Source of the DNA: Leptonemataceae bacterium
Lineage (GTDB): Bacteria; Spirochaetota; Leptospiria; Leptospirales; Leptonemataceae
Assembly: GCA_965227295.1 (NCBI GenBank)
Contig: OZ245742.1
Location: 1,856,001-1,920,000 of the forward strand
Length of the DNA stretch: 64,000 bases
Direction of reading: 5' to 3'
This document shows, one piece after another, positions 28,351 to 37,419 of this stretch. How positions within the stretch are numbered: the first letter of the stretch is position 1; each line of letters opens with the position of its first letter. Both the position numbers and the translations under genes were made by a program. Under the pieces are notes generated by a model, which saw only the letters and a program-made list of their open reading frames with translations, did no database searches and was not told the origin of the DNA.

Positions 28351-29397
28351 TTATGAAAGATAGTCCAACTCGTCGAGTTCTTCGTACTCTTCGAGCTGAT
28401 CGTGGACGACGCCGGGATCGTGAAAAGTCGCCACATGAAACAGGGCGTCGCCGCGGTTTACGAGAGGCATGCGCAACTGGCCGACAATGATGCCGGTCTC
28501 CTGGACCGTTACGGTTCGTTCGCGTTCGCCGAGGGGACCGGAGATGGTCGCCAGGGGCTGGCCCTCTTTCACCAGGTCCCCGGGGTACTTCAGAGCCCGA
28601 AAGATGCCCGAGCGGTTCGCCCGGATCCAGTAGGAGCCCAGGGCGATGTAGGCCTCCTGCTGCTTAACTTTAGCTTCGCGAGCCTTAGTGGGCAGCATGC
28701 CGATGTAGCGCATTACGGACATGACGCCCCGCAAGCCGGTGCGCACCGCGTTGCCGTCGAAACGCAACGCCTCGCCGCCCTCGTAGAGTAAGATCGGCAG
28801 GCCGCGTTCCACGGCCGCCTGGCGCAGCGAACCGTCGCGCGTCGCCGAATTCAAAATTACGGGCACGCCGAAGGCCTCGGCCATGCGTTTGGTTTCGTCG
28901 TGATCCAGGCAGGCGCGAATCTGCGGCAGGTTCGTACGGTGCACGGCGCCGGTGTGCAGATCGATGCCGTGGGTGGAGCGTTCGACGATGTCGCGCATGA
29001 ATACGTGGGCGACCTGGGCCGCCAGGGAACCCTGCTTCGAACCGGGGAACGATCGGTTGAGATCCCGACGATCGGGGAGGTAGCGCGAACGATTGTTGAA
29101 GCCGTAGACGTTGACGATGGGGATTGCGAGCAAGGTTCCGCGCAGGCGCCGCAGACTTTTTTGCGCGAGCAGGCGATGAATGATTTCCACGCCGTTGATT
29201 TCGTCGCCGTGGATGGCCGCGGATACGAAGAGTACCGGCCCGGCCTGCCGGCCGTGAACCACGTGCACCGGGATCGACATTTCCGTATGATCGTACAGGC
29301 GGGCCACGCGCAGGCTTACCGTGCGGCGCTCGCCGGCCTGGATGCTGATGTCTCGAAGAACGAAGGGTTCCTGCATTCGCTGGTACGAACATAACAC
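28351..29397 (-). CDS. Succinylglutamate desuccinylase/aspartoacylase family (M14-like zinc peptidase)
   Basis: AAIHGDEING, DRRDLNRSFPG, IDLHTG and YEGGE. Confidence 0.92.
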   Translation of the reverse strand: MLCSYQRMQEPFVLRDISIQAGERRTVSLRVARLYDHTEMSIPVHVVHGRQAGPVLFVSAAIHGDEINGVEIIHRLLAQKSLRRLRGTLLAIPIVNVYGFNNRSRYLPDRRDLNRSFPGSKQGSLAAQVAHVFMRDIVERSTHGIDLHTGAVHRTNLPQIRACLDHDETKRMAEAFGVPVILNSATRDGSLRQAAVERGLPILLYEGGEALRFDGNAVRTGLRGVMSVMRYIGMLPTKAREAKVKQQEAYIALGSYWIRANRSGIFRALKYPGDLVKEGQPLATISGPLGERERTVTVQETGIIVGQLRMPLVNRGDALFHVATFHDPGVVHDQLEEYEELDELDYLS

Positions 29398-29498
29398 TCG
29401 CCATCCGCCCGGCGAGCAGAATTTGGATTGCCGCGGTTTGCCCGCGGCGGGAACTGATCCAACTTTATGGGAGTTGCGGGCTATGCCCGCGTACGTGT

Positions 29499-29738
29499 AT
29501 GCGTAACATCTTGATGATCCTCATGGCGTTTCTTGTAAGCGCTTCTTTCTCCATCGGAGCGGCTCCGGCCGATTCCGGTTCCGTTCGTTTGGTCGGTCAG
29601 GACGACATGGAAGACTATGACGACGGTCAGGATCCTGACGACGGTGGTACCGATGACGGCAGCGCCGAAGAAGGCGACGAAGAATATCCCGAGGACGGCG
29701 ATTCCGGAGACTATCCGGAAGACGACGGTGACTATTGA
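29499..29738 (+). CDS. Small secreted Asp/Glu-rich protein
   Basis: Signal peptide followed by an acidic tail with repeated (D/E)YPED-like motifs. Confidence 0.65.
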   Translation: MRNILMILMAFLVSASFSIGAAPADSGSVRLVGQDDMEDYDDGQDPDDGGTDDGSAEEGDEEYPEDGDSGDYPEDDGDY

Positions 29739-29798
29739 TCCGGTCCCTGGATCATAAAAAAAACTTTCAATACAAAACGCGGCGGGACTCCTTGTTCC

Positions 29799-31835
29799 GT
29801 GCTCGCCGCGTTTCTTCCTGCCACGCGCTCGCTGCTCTTCGGCCTTTGGTTCGGCGGGCTGATCTGCATTCTGCTTTCCGCTGAGCTGTCCGCGCAGTCT
29901 GTCGACGCGAGGGCCGCGGGCCGTCTCATGGATCTCCGCGCTTACATCGAAGCGCCGGGCGAAAGCCTCACTGCCGAAGAAGCCGTGCAATTGCAAAAAC
30001 GCAAAGGCGTTGTCCGGCCTCTTGAAAATCTTTACTTCGGTCGCCTGGAACAACCGGTGTGGTTTTACTTGCGCATTCGCAATTCCCGGCCGCTTGCCCA
30101 GGATTACGTGCTCTTTGCCGGGCCAGCCTACCTCGGTCGCGTCGATTTGTTCCCCGTGAACGACGGCACCGTGGATCACACAAACGCGCAGCACACCGGC
30201 TTTCTGCTGCCACTCGAAGAGCGCAGTACCTATCATCATGAAATCATCTTTCCCGTAACCGTCGCCGCGAATTCGGAACAGGCTTACCTTCTGCGCGTGC
30301 ATAACCGCGGCCCGCCCCTGCGCCTCGACATGAGCCTGCGCACCGCCGAAGACTTCGCTGACGCCGATAACTTCGAAAGCCGGGTCTTTCTGATCTTTTA
30401 CGGGATTCTGATTTCGCTCATCGTCTACAACGGCCTGCTGGCGCTGGCCACCCGCGAGCGTGTCTACCTTACCTACGTGTTCTACGTCCTCGGTATGATG
30501 TCGGCCCAGGCCATGCTCGAGGGACACGTGCCGTACGTTCTGGACGTGCCCGCGCAGTTCAAGTACGGACTGCGTTTTCTGACGGCCTTCGCCGCGTTTC
30601 TTGCGGCGGTGTTGTTTTGCAATGATCTGCTTACGTACGTGCGAACCCACCGTGTTTTGCGCCCGGTTTCGCTGGCTCTCTACGGCCTCTACGCGGTGAT
30701 GATGCCGCTCGGATTTTTTCTGCCGCCGGGCCTCGTAAACATCATGTTGAGCATCTTTTTGCTTTTGGGACTGCTCTTTGTTCTGACGGCCGGCGTGATC
30801 GGAGTGCTGCGCAGGGATCGCACCGCGCGCATCTTTATGCTGGCCTGGGTCGCGCTCTTTTCTTCGGGGGTGATCTTCGCCGTTTACAATCTGGGCTGGA
30901 TTCCCGGCGGGGAATGGGTCTATCACGTCGTGCAGGTCGGCGTCGTCCTGGAGGCCTGGCTGTTGTCCTTTGCCCTGGCCGATCGCATCAATGTCATGAA
31001 GCGCAGCCTGGAAAGTTATGCCCGGGACCTGGAACAAAAGATCGCCGAGCGGACTTCGACGCTCGAAAAGTCGCTGGAGGATTTAAGGCGCCATAGCGCG
31101 CTAATTTCCTACGAAATGGAGTTAGCCGGCGGAATCCAGCGTTCGCTCCTGCCGCCGAACTCCTACTCGGACGCGCGCTGCGAATTGCGCGCCTGGGTGC
31201 GGCCGTTGCAGGAGGTCGGCGGCGACTTCTTCGTCGTGCTCGAATCCCGGGGGCGCACCGTGGTGGCGCTCTTCGATGTTTCCGGTCACGGGGTCCCGGC
31301 CGCGTTGTTGACCATGCTGGCACGGATCTATTTTACCGAAGCCGCCGACAAACACGGTCATCCGCGGGAAATTCTGATTCACGTGCATCGTCTGTTCGAG
31401 GGCGCGTTGCAGGGCAGCGGTTCGTACTTAACGGCGGCGGTCATCGTACTGCGCGACGGCGGGCGGGTGGAATTTGCGGGGGCCGGACACCGGGACGTCT
31501 TTGTCTATCGCCAGGCAAGCCGGAACGTGGAGCGCTGGTCGTCCGGGCCCTTTCTGCTCGGGTTGCTCGACGAAGCCGACGCTGACAGCCTCATCGACTA
31601 TCAAATCGAAAGCCTGGCTTCCGGCGACCGCCTGTTACTCTACACGGACGGCGTTACGGACACGCAAAACACCGCGGGCGAAATGTTGCCCGAGGAGATC
31701 CTGGAGCGCGCTTTCGTAGGCGCCGGCGACCAACCGGATCGGGCGTTGCAGTCGGTCGTTCGCATTTGGGAAGATCACGGTGCCGGCGGCCTCTGCGAAG
31801 ACGACTGCCTGCTGTTGTGGATGAAGATTCACTGA
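29799..31835 (+). CDS. 7TM-DISM2 + 7TMR-DISM_7TM sensor with PP2C/SpoIIE phosphatase
   Basis: PVWFYLRI...YLGRVDLF extracellular domain, 7 TM helices, LLSFALADRI, IQRSLLP, VGGDFF, DVSGHGVPAAL, LYTDGV and DD. Confidence 0.92.
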   Translation: MLAAFLPATRSLLFGLWFGGLICILLSAELSAQSVDARAAGRLMDLRAYIEAPGESLTAEEAVQLQKRKGVVRPLENLYFGRLEQPVWFYLRIRNSRPLAQDYVLFAGPAYLGRVDLFPVNDGTVDHTNAQHTGFLLPLEERSTYHHEIIFPVTVAANSEQAYLLRVHNRGPPLRLDMSLRTAEDFADADNFESRVFLIFYGILISLIVYNGLLALATRERVYLTYVFYVLGMMSAQAMLEGHVPYVLDVPAQFKYGLRFLTAFAAFLAAVLFCNDLLTYVRTHRVLRPVSLALYGLYAVMMPLGFFLPPGLVNIMLSIFLLLGLLFVLTAGVIGVLRRDRTARIFMLAWVALFSSGVIFAVYNLGWIPGGEWVYHVVQVGVVLEAWLLSFALADRINVMKRSLESYARDLEQKIAERTSTLEKSLEDLRRHSALISYEMELAGGIQRSLLPPNSYSDARCELRAWVRPLQEVGGDFFVVLESRGRTVVALFDVSGHGVPAALLTMLARIYFTEAADKHGHPREILIHVHRLFEGALQGSGSYLTAAVIVLRDGGRVEFAGAGHRDVFVYRQASRNVERWSSGPFLLGLLDEADADSLIDYQIESLASGDRLLLYTDGVTDTQNTAGEMLPEEILERAFVGAGDQPDRALQSVVRIWEDHGAGGLCEDDCLLLWMKIH

Positions 31836-31974
31836 TGCATTAAATGATAAAGAAAGTTTAACATTTGATGAGGCGTAATTCTTTACATATTCACCAGAAT
31901 TTATGGTGTAATGTTAGAGAAGTACTAAAAGTTATTCGGTTTCTTCAACTCCTGCTTGTCCCTGGACACGGTCC

Positions 31975-32676
31975 ATGCTAAGACGATCTCTATTCCAGGG
32001 GGACAACGTGCCACCGACAATCCAGGTAATGATTGTAGATGATCACCAACTGCTCCGCGAAGGGCTGTCCCGGATCATTGAAAAAGAACCGGGCCTCAGC
32101 GTGAGCGGCGAGGCGGCGGACGAATGCGCGGCTTTGCGGATCCTTTCGCGCGATGTGCCGGACGTTCTCGTTCTGGATCTGTCTTTGCACGAAGACAGCC
32201 TGAGTTTTGAATTTCTGCATGCCGTGCGGTCGCGTTATCCGCGCATGCAGGTCTTAGTCTACTCGGCGCACGATGAGTTTGTTTACGGCGAGCGTTGTCT
32301 GCGCGCCGGCGCCATGGGGTTCGTTTCCAAGCAGGCCGGCCCCCGGCAGCTTCTGGAAGCGATTCGGGCGGCCGCCGCGGGCGAACGTTTCGTCAGCCCC
32401 GCGCTGTCCGACAGGCTCATGAAACGTTTCTTTGACGGCGATTCTCTGAATCCCATCGACCGGCTCAGCGATCGAGAACTGGAAGTCTTCTACCTCATGG
32501 GCCGCGGCCTGCCCGCGAAAGAAATCGCCGATCGTCTCGGAATTACCCGAAACACGGTGGAGTCGCACTTTCAACATGTGCGCGGAAAGCTGGGGCATGC
32601 GGACAATACGCAGCTCATTCGTGAGGCGCGGAAGTGGTTCATCGAACAGGCGGGCGTCGGCGAAAACAACGCTTAG
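31975..32676 (+). CDS. NarL/FixJ-family response regulator (REC-LuxR HTH)
   Basis: IVDDHQLLREG, LVLDLSL, GFVSK and LSDRELEVFYLMGRG. Confidence 0.93.
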   Translation: MLRRSLFQGDNVPPTIQVMIVDDHQLLREGLSRIIEKEPGLSVSGEAADECAALRILSRDVPDVLVLDLSLHEDSLSFEFLHAVRSRYPRMQVLVYSAHDEFVYGERCLRAGAMGFVSKQAGPRQLLEAIRAAAAGERFVSPALSDRLMKRFFDGDSLNPIDRLSDRELEVFYLMGRGLPAKEIADRLGITRNTVESHFQHVRGKLGHADNTQLIREARKWFIEQAGVGENNA

Positions 32677-32679
32677 ATC

Positions 32680-33381
32680 TTACGCATCGTCTTCCGGCGG
32701 CGGCGCGTCCCGGCTTCCGCGTTCGGCCAGAATCCACTGCACCGCCACCTTGTTGATGTCGGCGGAACTCTTGAGACCCAGTTTTTCGCGAATGCGAGCG
32801 CGGTGTGTTTCCACGGTACTGCGGCTTACGCCCAGTTTCTCCCCGATCTCCGCCGTGCTGAAGCCCCAGCCCGTGAGTTCGAAAATCTCCAGCTCGCGAT
32901 CACTGAGCGCGTCCACGATGGAACCGCGGTCTTCACTGCCCGGCTGCACAAAGTAGCTGCGCATAATGCGCTTCGCAAGATCTTCACTGAGATACAACTC
33001 TCCGATCAACACTTTGCGCAGCGCCTCCAGCACGACCGAGGAGTGTACGCTTTTGGTGACGTAACCTCGCGCGCCGGCTTTGATGCAGCGTTCGGCGTAG
33101 AAGGATTCGTTGTGCATGGAATGCACCAGCAGGTAGATCTTCGGATAGCGATTGTGCACGGTGCGTAAGAGTTCCAGTCCGGACGCGGCCCCTTCGAGGG
33201 TAATGTCCACGATGGCCGCGTCGGGGGGGTGTTCGCACTCGGCCAGAAGCTTGAGGGCATCCCGGGAGTTACCCGCCTCGCAGCAGACGACCAGGTCTTC
33301 TTCGCGATCAATGATCTCCCGCAATCCTTCGCGGAGAATCGGATGATCATCCACAAGCATGATGCGCTTGCGATCGCTCAA
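32680..33381 (-). CDS. NarL/FixJ-family response regulator
   Basis: LVDDHPILREG, IVDITL and LSDRELEIFELTGWG; TTG start at 33381 with a GGAGG RBS. Confidence 0.93.
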   Translation of the reverse strand: MSDRKRIMLVDDHPILREGLREIIDREEDLVVCCEAGNSRDALKLLAECEHPPDAAIVDITLEGAASGLELLRTVHNRYPKIYLLVHSMHNESFYAERCIKAGARGYVTKSVHSSVVLEALRKVLIGELYLSEDLAKRIMRSYFVQPGSEDRGSIVDALSDRELEIFELTGWGFSTAEIGEKLGVSRSTVETHRARIREKLGLKSSADINKVAVQWILAERGSRDAPPPEDDA

Positions 33382-34871
33382 ACTTCCGTTCCTCCGGAAT
33401 TCGCCTGCATCGGAACCGTGCAGACGACACACAAATCATGGGCCTGCTTTCGGAAGGAGAGCTGCGCCCCGATCATTTCCGCCCGGTACAGCATCAATTC
33501 GTGCTGGTGAGATTGTGATGGTTCCGTGTCCGTGCGTGCCTGAAAGGCGCAGATCTCCAGTTCCAGATGATCACCGGCCTGTTTGATGCGGGCGTTAATG
33601 CGTTCGGTGCGTGCCGCGACACAGTAGTCGACGGCGTCGGCGGCGATGTAGTACAGATGCAGGGCGCTCTCCGCGGACAGCGGCAGATCTCCGGGACACT
33701 GAACGCGACACGGCGTTCCGTAGAAGCGTTCATAACGCGACGCCAGGTCCGCCAGGTTGTCCGGCAGGCTGGCGGCATCCAGTTGCAGGGGATAGAGACT
33801 CAACGCATTTTCCCGGGTTTCGTCGATGGCCCGGCGGAGCGTCTCGCTGATCTTCGTCGCGAGCGAGCACGCGGAGTCCTGCCCGGATTCCGCCAGTCGT
33901 TGTTCCAGGGACTCGGCGAGATAGGCGATGCCCGATAGCAACTGTCCGAGATTGTCGTGCAGGTTTCGGCCGATGCGACGGCGTTCGCCTTCACTCACGC
34001 TCAGGAGTTTGCGTCCCAGTTCCCGCTGTCCGCGCAGGTTCTCGGCGTGATCGTGAATTTCGGTGATGTCCTGCGTGACTCCGGCGATAAGCCTGGGAGA
34101 GCCGTTCCCGTCCCGGGCGAAGACACGGTCCTGCGAGAGCATGTGCCGCCATCGGCCGTCGGCGTCGCGCAGCCGCACCCGGGATTCCATTGTTTCGTTG
34201 TCGCTGACGTTTGCGTAGCGTGCGGCGCGTTCCGGTTGCCGCGCAAGATCGTCCGCATGCATGATCTCGGAGTTGATGGCGCCGCCGAAGTCCTCCACTT
34301 CCTCGCGGCTCATGTCGGCGAACTGAAGCGCCGCGGGGTTCGAGTAGATTGAGTACTCCTGTTTCAGGTCGTAGACGTAGACCGGCAACGGTACTGTATT
34401 TAAGACGCGCTGATAAAACGAAGGCGTTCCTGGAGTCGTTTCCTCGATCGGTTGCAGGCGGGCGAAGAAATCCCGGATATGCGCACTATGTTTTTCAGTT
34501 ACGCAGAACAGCGGGCCACTGCGTAACGCTTCGGACGCAATGTCCATGAGTTTCGCGCGCGATTTCTCGTCGGCCTCGGTCATTTCGGCCAGAGGTTCGC
34601 CGGTAATGCTGATGATGATGGTCCCGGCCGCACCGCGGGTGTGTATGTGCCGTACCAAATCCACTGCCCCGTCCCAGGAATGGTGGATAATGACGGCGGC
34701 GGGTGAGAACGATTCTAAAGCCGTAACGGCTCCGTCGTACGTAGAGACCGTTTGCACCGGCCAATCCCTGAGAAGCGTCCTTAAAGAGAGCGCGAAGTCC
34801 TCGTCTGCGGCGATGAGCGTGTTCACTGGCAGGGCGGAGTTTCTCCTGAGGAGACTGGGTTCGCAAGTCAT
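33378..34871 (-). CDS. Cytoplasmic sensor histidine kinase (REC-like, PAS, HisKA_3)
   Basis: PAS (RLRDADGRWRHM...GVTQDITE) and ERRRIGRNLHDNLGQLL H-box; the ATPase domain looks degenerate (no clear N/DxGxG boxes). Confidence 0.85.
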   Translation of the reverse strand: MTCEPSLLRRNSALPVNTLIAADEDFALSLRTLLRDWPVQTVSTYDGAVTALESFSPAAVIIHHSWDGAVDLVRHIHTRGAAGTIIISITGEPLAEMTEADEKSRAKLMDIASEALRSGPLFCVTEKHSAHIRDFFARLQPIEETTPGTPSFYQRVLNTVPLPVYVYDLKQEYSIYSNPAALQFADMSREEVEDFGGAINSEIMHADDLARQPERAARYANVSDNETMESRVRLRDADGRWRHMLSQDRVFARDGNGSPRLIAGVTQDITEIHDHAENLRGQRELGRKLLSVSEGERRRIGRNLHDNLGQLLSGIAYLAESLEQRLAESGQDSACSLATKISETLRRAIDETRENALSLYPLQLDAASLPDNLADLASRYERFYGTPCRVQCPGDLPLSAESALHLYYIAADAVDYCVAARTERINARIKQAGDHLELEICAFQARTDTEPSQSHQHELMLYRAEMIGAQLSFRKQAHDLCVVCTVPMQANSGGTEV

Positions 34872-35054
34872 TTGTACGAGTTTCTACGTAAATAATACTC
34901 ACTCAATTTCATGACCCTGTGGCGAAAAACGCTACAGGGCGTACCGGACAGTCGACTACCTCAGAAGTACGGCTTCCCCCGATTGTTCTAACCCTCGCTC
35001 TGATGTAGGCTCAGTCCACGTTAGGCCGCGGGACGGCCGCACCGGAGGAAGAAC

Positions 35055-36809
35055 ATGAAACTCGCATTGAGGGGTAAACTTATTCTGGGATTCAGTTTAG
35101 CAATGATCGGTATCGGTATCGTCGCCTGGCGCGGCATCGTCGGCATGTACGGCCTGAACGCGGAGCTGAATTCCATTGAAGAAAAACAATTTCGCCCCGC
35201 GGCTTTGATCGCGGACGCAAACGTCGCCTTGCTCGCGTGGAACCGCGCGATCCTGAAGCACATCATCGTCACGAATCGCAATTCCATGAAGGAGCTGGAA
35301 AAAGAAAGCGGCGAGAATAAAACGATCCTGCACGAAAAAATGGAGGAGCTGGCCGGCCTGTCGGGATTGAGCGACGAGGGCCGCGGTCTTATAAAAGAAA
35401 TTCGCACGAGCATCGAGCGGGCCGACGGAACCGAAGCGAAGGTCGTCTCTCTCAGCCGCTCCGAACAACAGGACGAGGCCCGCGTGCTCATGAATAGCGA
35501 CCTGCGACCGGTTTTCAACGAACTGGATGCAAATATGACGACCTTTCTGCAACTGCAACGCAAGCAGTTGGAGACCGTCATGACCGCCACCGATGCGCGC
35601 TTCAACGAGTCCATGCGCAACATCATCATCCTCACCATTGCGACGTTCGTAATCGTCGTCGCGGCCGCGTTTTTCATTATTCTGTCGATCACCCGGCCGA
35701 TCCACAACTCCATCAACTCGCTGTCCGAAAGCGCGGGACAGGTGGCCGGAGGGTCCCAGCAGGTAAGTATTGCCAGCCAGAAGTTAGCAGAGAGTACGTC
35801 GCAACAGGCTTCCGCCCTGGAAGAGAGTTCCGCTTCCATCGAAGAGCTGTCCGCCATGACTCAGAACAACTCCGAGATGTCCGACGAGGGCAATCGTCTG
35901 GCCGAGGAGTGCGCCCAGATTGCGGGGCGGGCCAACGAATCCATGACGTCGCTCAAGCGCGCCATCCAGGTCATTAATTCTTCCTCGGAGAAGACCGGGA
36001 AGATCGTAAAGGACATCGACGAGATCGCTTTTCAGACGAACATCCTTTCGTTGAACGCCGCCGTGGAAGCCGCCCGGGCCGGACAGGCCGGCAAGGGTTT
36101 TGCCGTAGTTGCGGAAGAAGTGCGCAACCTCGCTCTGCGCGCGGCCGAAGCGGCGAAAAACACAACGGACCTTATTGAGGGTTCGCGTAAGTCCATCAAC
36201 GAAGGTTTTACGCTGACCCAGGCGACAGAGAAAGACTTCGGCGAATTGAGCGAGTCCGTTGCGCGTCTGAAGAAACTCGTTTCGGAGATCAACACCGCGT
36301 CCGGTGAACAGGCCCGCGGCATCGAAGAGATCAACCGCGCGGTGGAAAGTATGAACGACGGTACGCAGTACAACGTTACGGCTTCCGAAGAAAGCGCGGC
36401 CGCGGCGGAAGAGCTGAGTGCTCAGGCGCGCGCCCTGATGGATGTCGTAGATGATCTTTCAGCCATTGTCGGTCGCATTGATCGTCGTCGCGGCGATACG
36501 CGGCAAGACCTCAAACAAGCCCAGGTGCACGAAGCCCATAAGGCCGTGCAAGAACATGCTAACGGTAACGGTAACGGAGCCGGCAACGGCAAGGTCGTAT
36601 ACACGAACGGTCGCGCGACGCAGGACTCGAACGGAAAGGCCGTGCATGCGAACGGGAACGGCACGCACTCCGGGAACGACAGTCACGCTTCCGCGGAAGA
36701 CGGCGCGCATTCCGGTAACGGCCGGGAGCCGGTGGCCGCGGGAAAGAACGTCCGCCCGGAAGACGTCATCTCTCTCGAGGACGATGACGAACACTTCGAT
36801 CGCTTCTGA
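35055..36809 (+). CDS. Methyl-accepting chemotaxis protein (4HB sensor) with C-terminal pentapeptide
   Basis: Two TM helices, IAFQTNILSLNAAVEAARAGQAGKGFAVVAEEVRNLA, an Asn-Gly-rich linker, and the C-terminus HFDRF. Confidence 0.95.
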   Translation: MKLALRGKLILGFSLAMIGIGIVAWRGIVGMYGLNAELNSIEEKQFRPAALIADANVALLAWNRAILKHIIVTNRNSMKELEKESGENKTILHEKMEELAGLSGLSDEGRGLIKEIRTSIERADGTEAKVVSLSRSEQQDEARVLMNSDLRPVFNELDANMTTFLQLQRKQLETVMTATDARFNESMRNIIILTIATFVIVVAAAFFIILSITRPIHNSINSLSESAGQVAGGSQQVSIASQKLAESTSQQASALEESSASIEELSAMTQNNSEMSDEGNRLAEECAQIAGRANESMTSLKRAIQVINSSSEKTGKIVKDIDEIAFQTNILSLNAAVEAARAGQAGKGFAVVAEEVRNLALRAAEAAKNTTDLIEGSRKSINEGFTLTQATEKDFGELSESVARLKKLVSEINTASGEQARGIEEINRAVESMNDGTQYNVTASEESAAAAEELSAQARALMDVVDDLSAIVGRIDRRRGDTRQDLKQAQVHEAHKAVQEHANGNGNGAGNGKVVYTNGRATQDSNGKAVHANGNGTHSGNDSHASAEDGAHSGNGREPVAAGKNVRPEDVISLEDDDEHFDRF

Positions 36810-36834
36810 TTGAAATCATTCTAACGGGAGGAAG

Positions 36835-37386
36835 ATGTCTATGTCCGCACAAGAAACAGCCGGTGCCGTTCGCGGCGCCGGATTCGAAGAATACTCGGAG
36901 AACGCCGAGGAGATCGCCGCCGATGTGTACCTGACCTTCTCGGTCGCGGAGAACGAATACGCCGTCGCGGTGGCGGGGGTTCGCGAGATCCTCGGCCTGC
37001 CGGAGCGCACCGAGGTTCCGGATATGCCGACCTACGTGAAGGGCGTCATTAATCTACGCGGCCGGGTGGTGCCGCTGATCGACATGGGCCTGCGCCTCGG
37101 TCACCAGAGCGAGAGCGAATACGGGGAACGTACCTGCGTGATCATCATCGAGGTGGGCCGGCTTCTGGCCGGATTGATCGTCGATTCGGTGAACGAGGTC
37201 ATGCGTATTCCGGAAGAAGACCTGGAACCGGCGCCGCGGTTTTCCGCGGAGGGCGGCCGCAGCCATCGTTTCATTCGTAGCATCGGCAAGACCGAAGACG
37301 GGGTGAAACTCGTCGTTGACCTCGGCGGCCTGCTGGATGAACAGGGGCGTCGGGTGTTGGAGCAGACGGAGACGATTTCCTCGTAA
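36835..37386 (+). CDS. cheW: Chemotaxis coupling protein
   Basis: YLTFSV, VPDMPTYVKGVINLRGRVVPLID and GLIVDSVNEV. Confidence 0.95.
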   Translation: MSMSAQETAGAVRGAGFEEYSENAEEIAADVYLTFSVAENEYAVAVAGVREILGLPERTEVPDMPTYVKGVINLRGRVVPLIDMGLRLGHQSESEYGERTCVIIIEVGRLLAGLIVDSVNEVMRIPEEDLEPAPRFSAEGGRSHRFIRSIGKTEDGVKLVVDLGGLLDEQGRRVLEQTETISS

Positions 37387-37419
37387 GTTTTCATCGAGGG
37401 AAGTTAGTGGAGAAAGACG

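Noticed and set aside
29481-31037. 518-aa minus-strand ORF, and similar long antisense ORFs such as 9555-11075 (alternate frame), 37627-38709, 54672-55940 and 58440-59534
   Set aside because: These are shadow frames of well-supported genes in high-GC DNA and carry no recognisable motifs.
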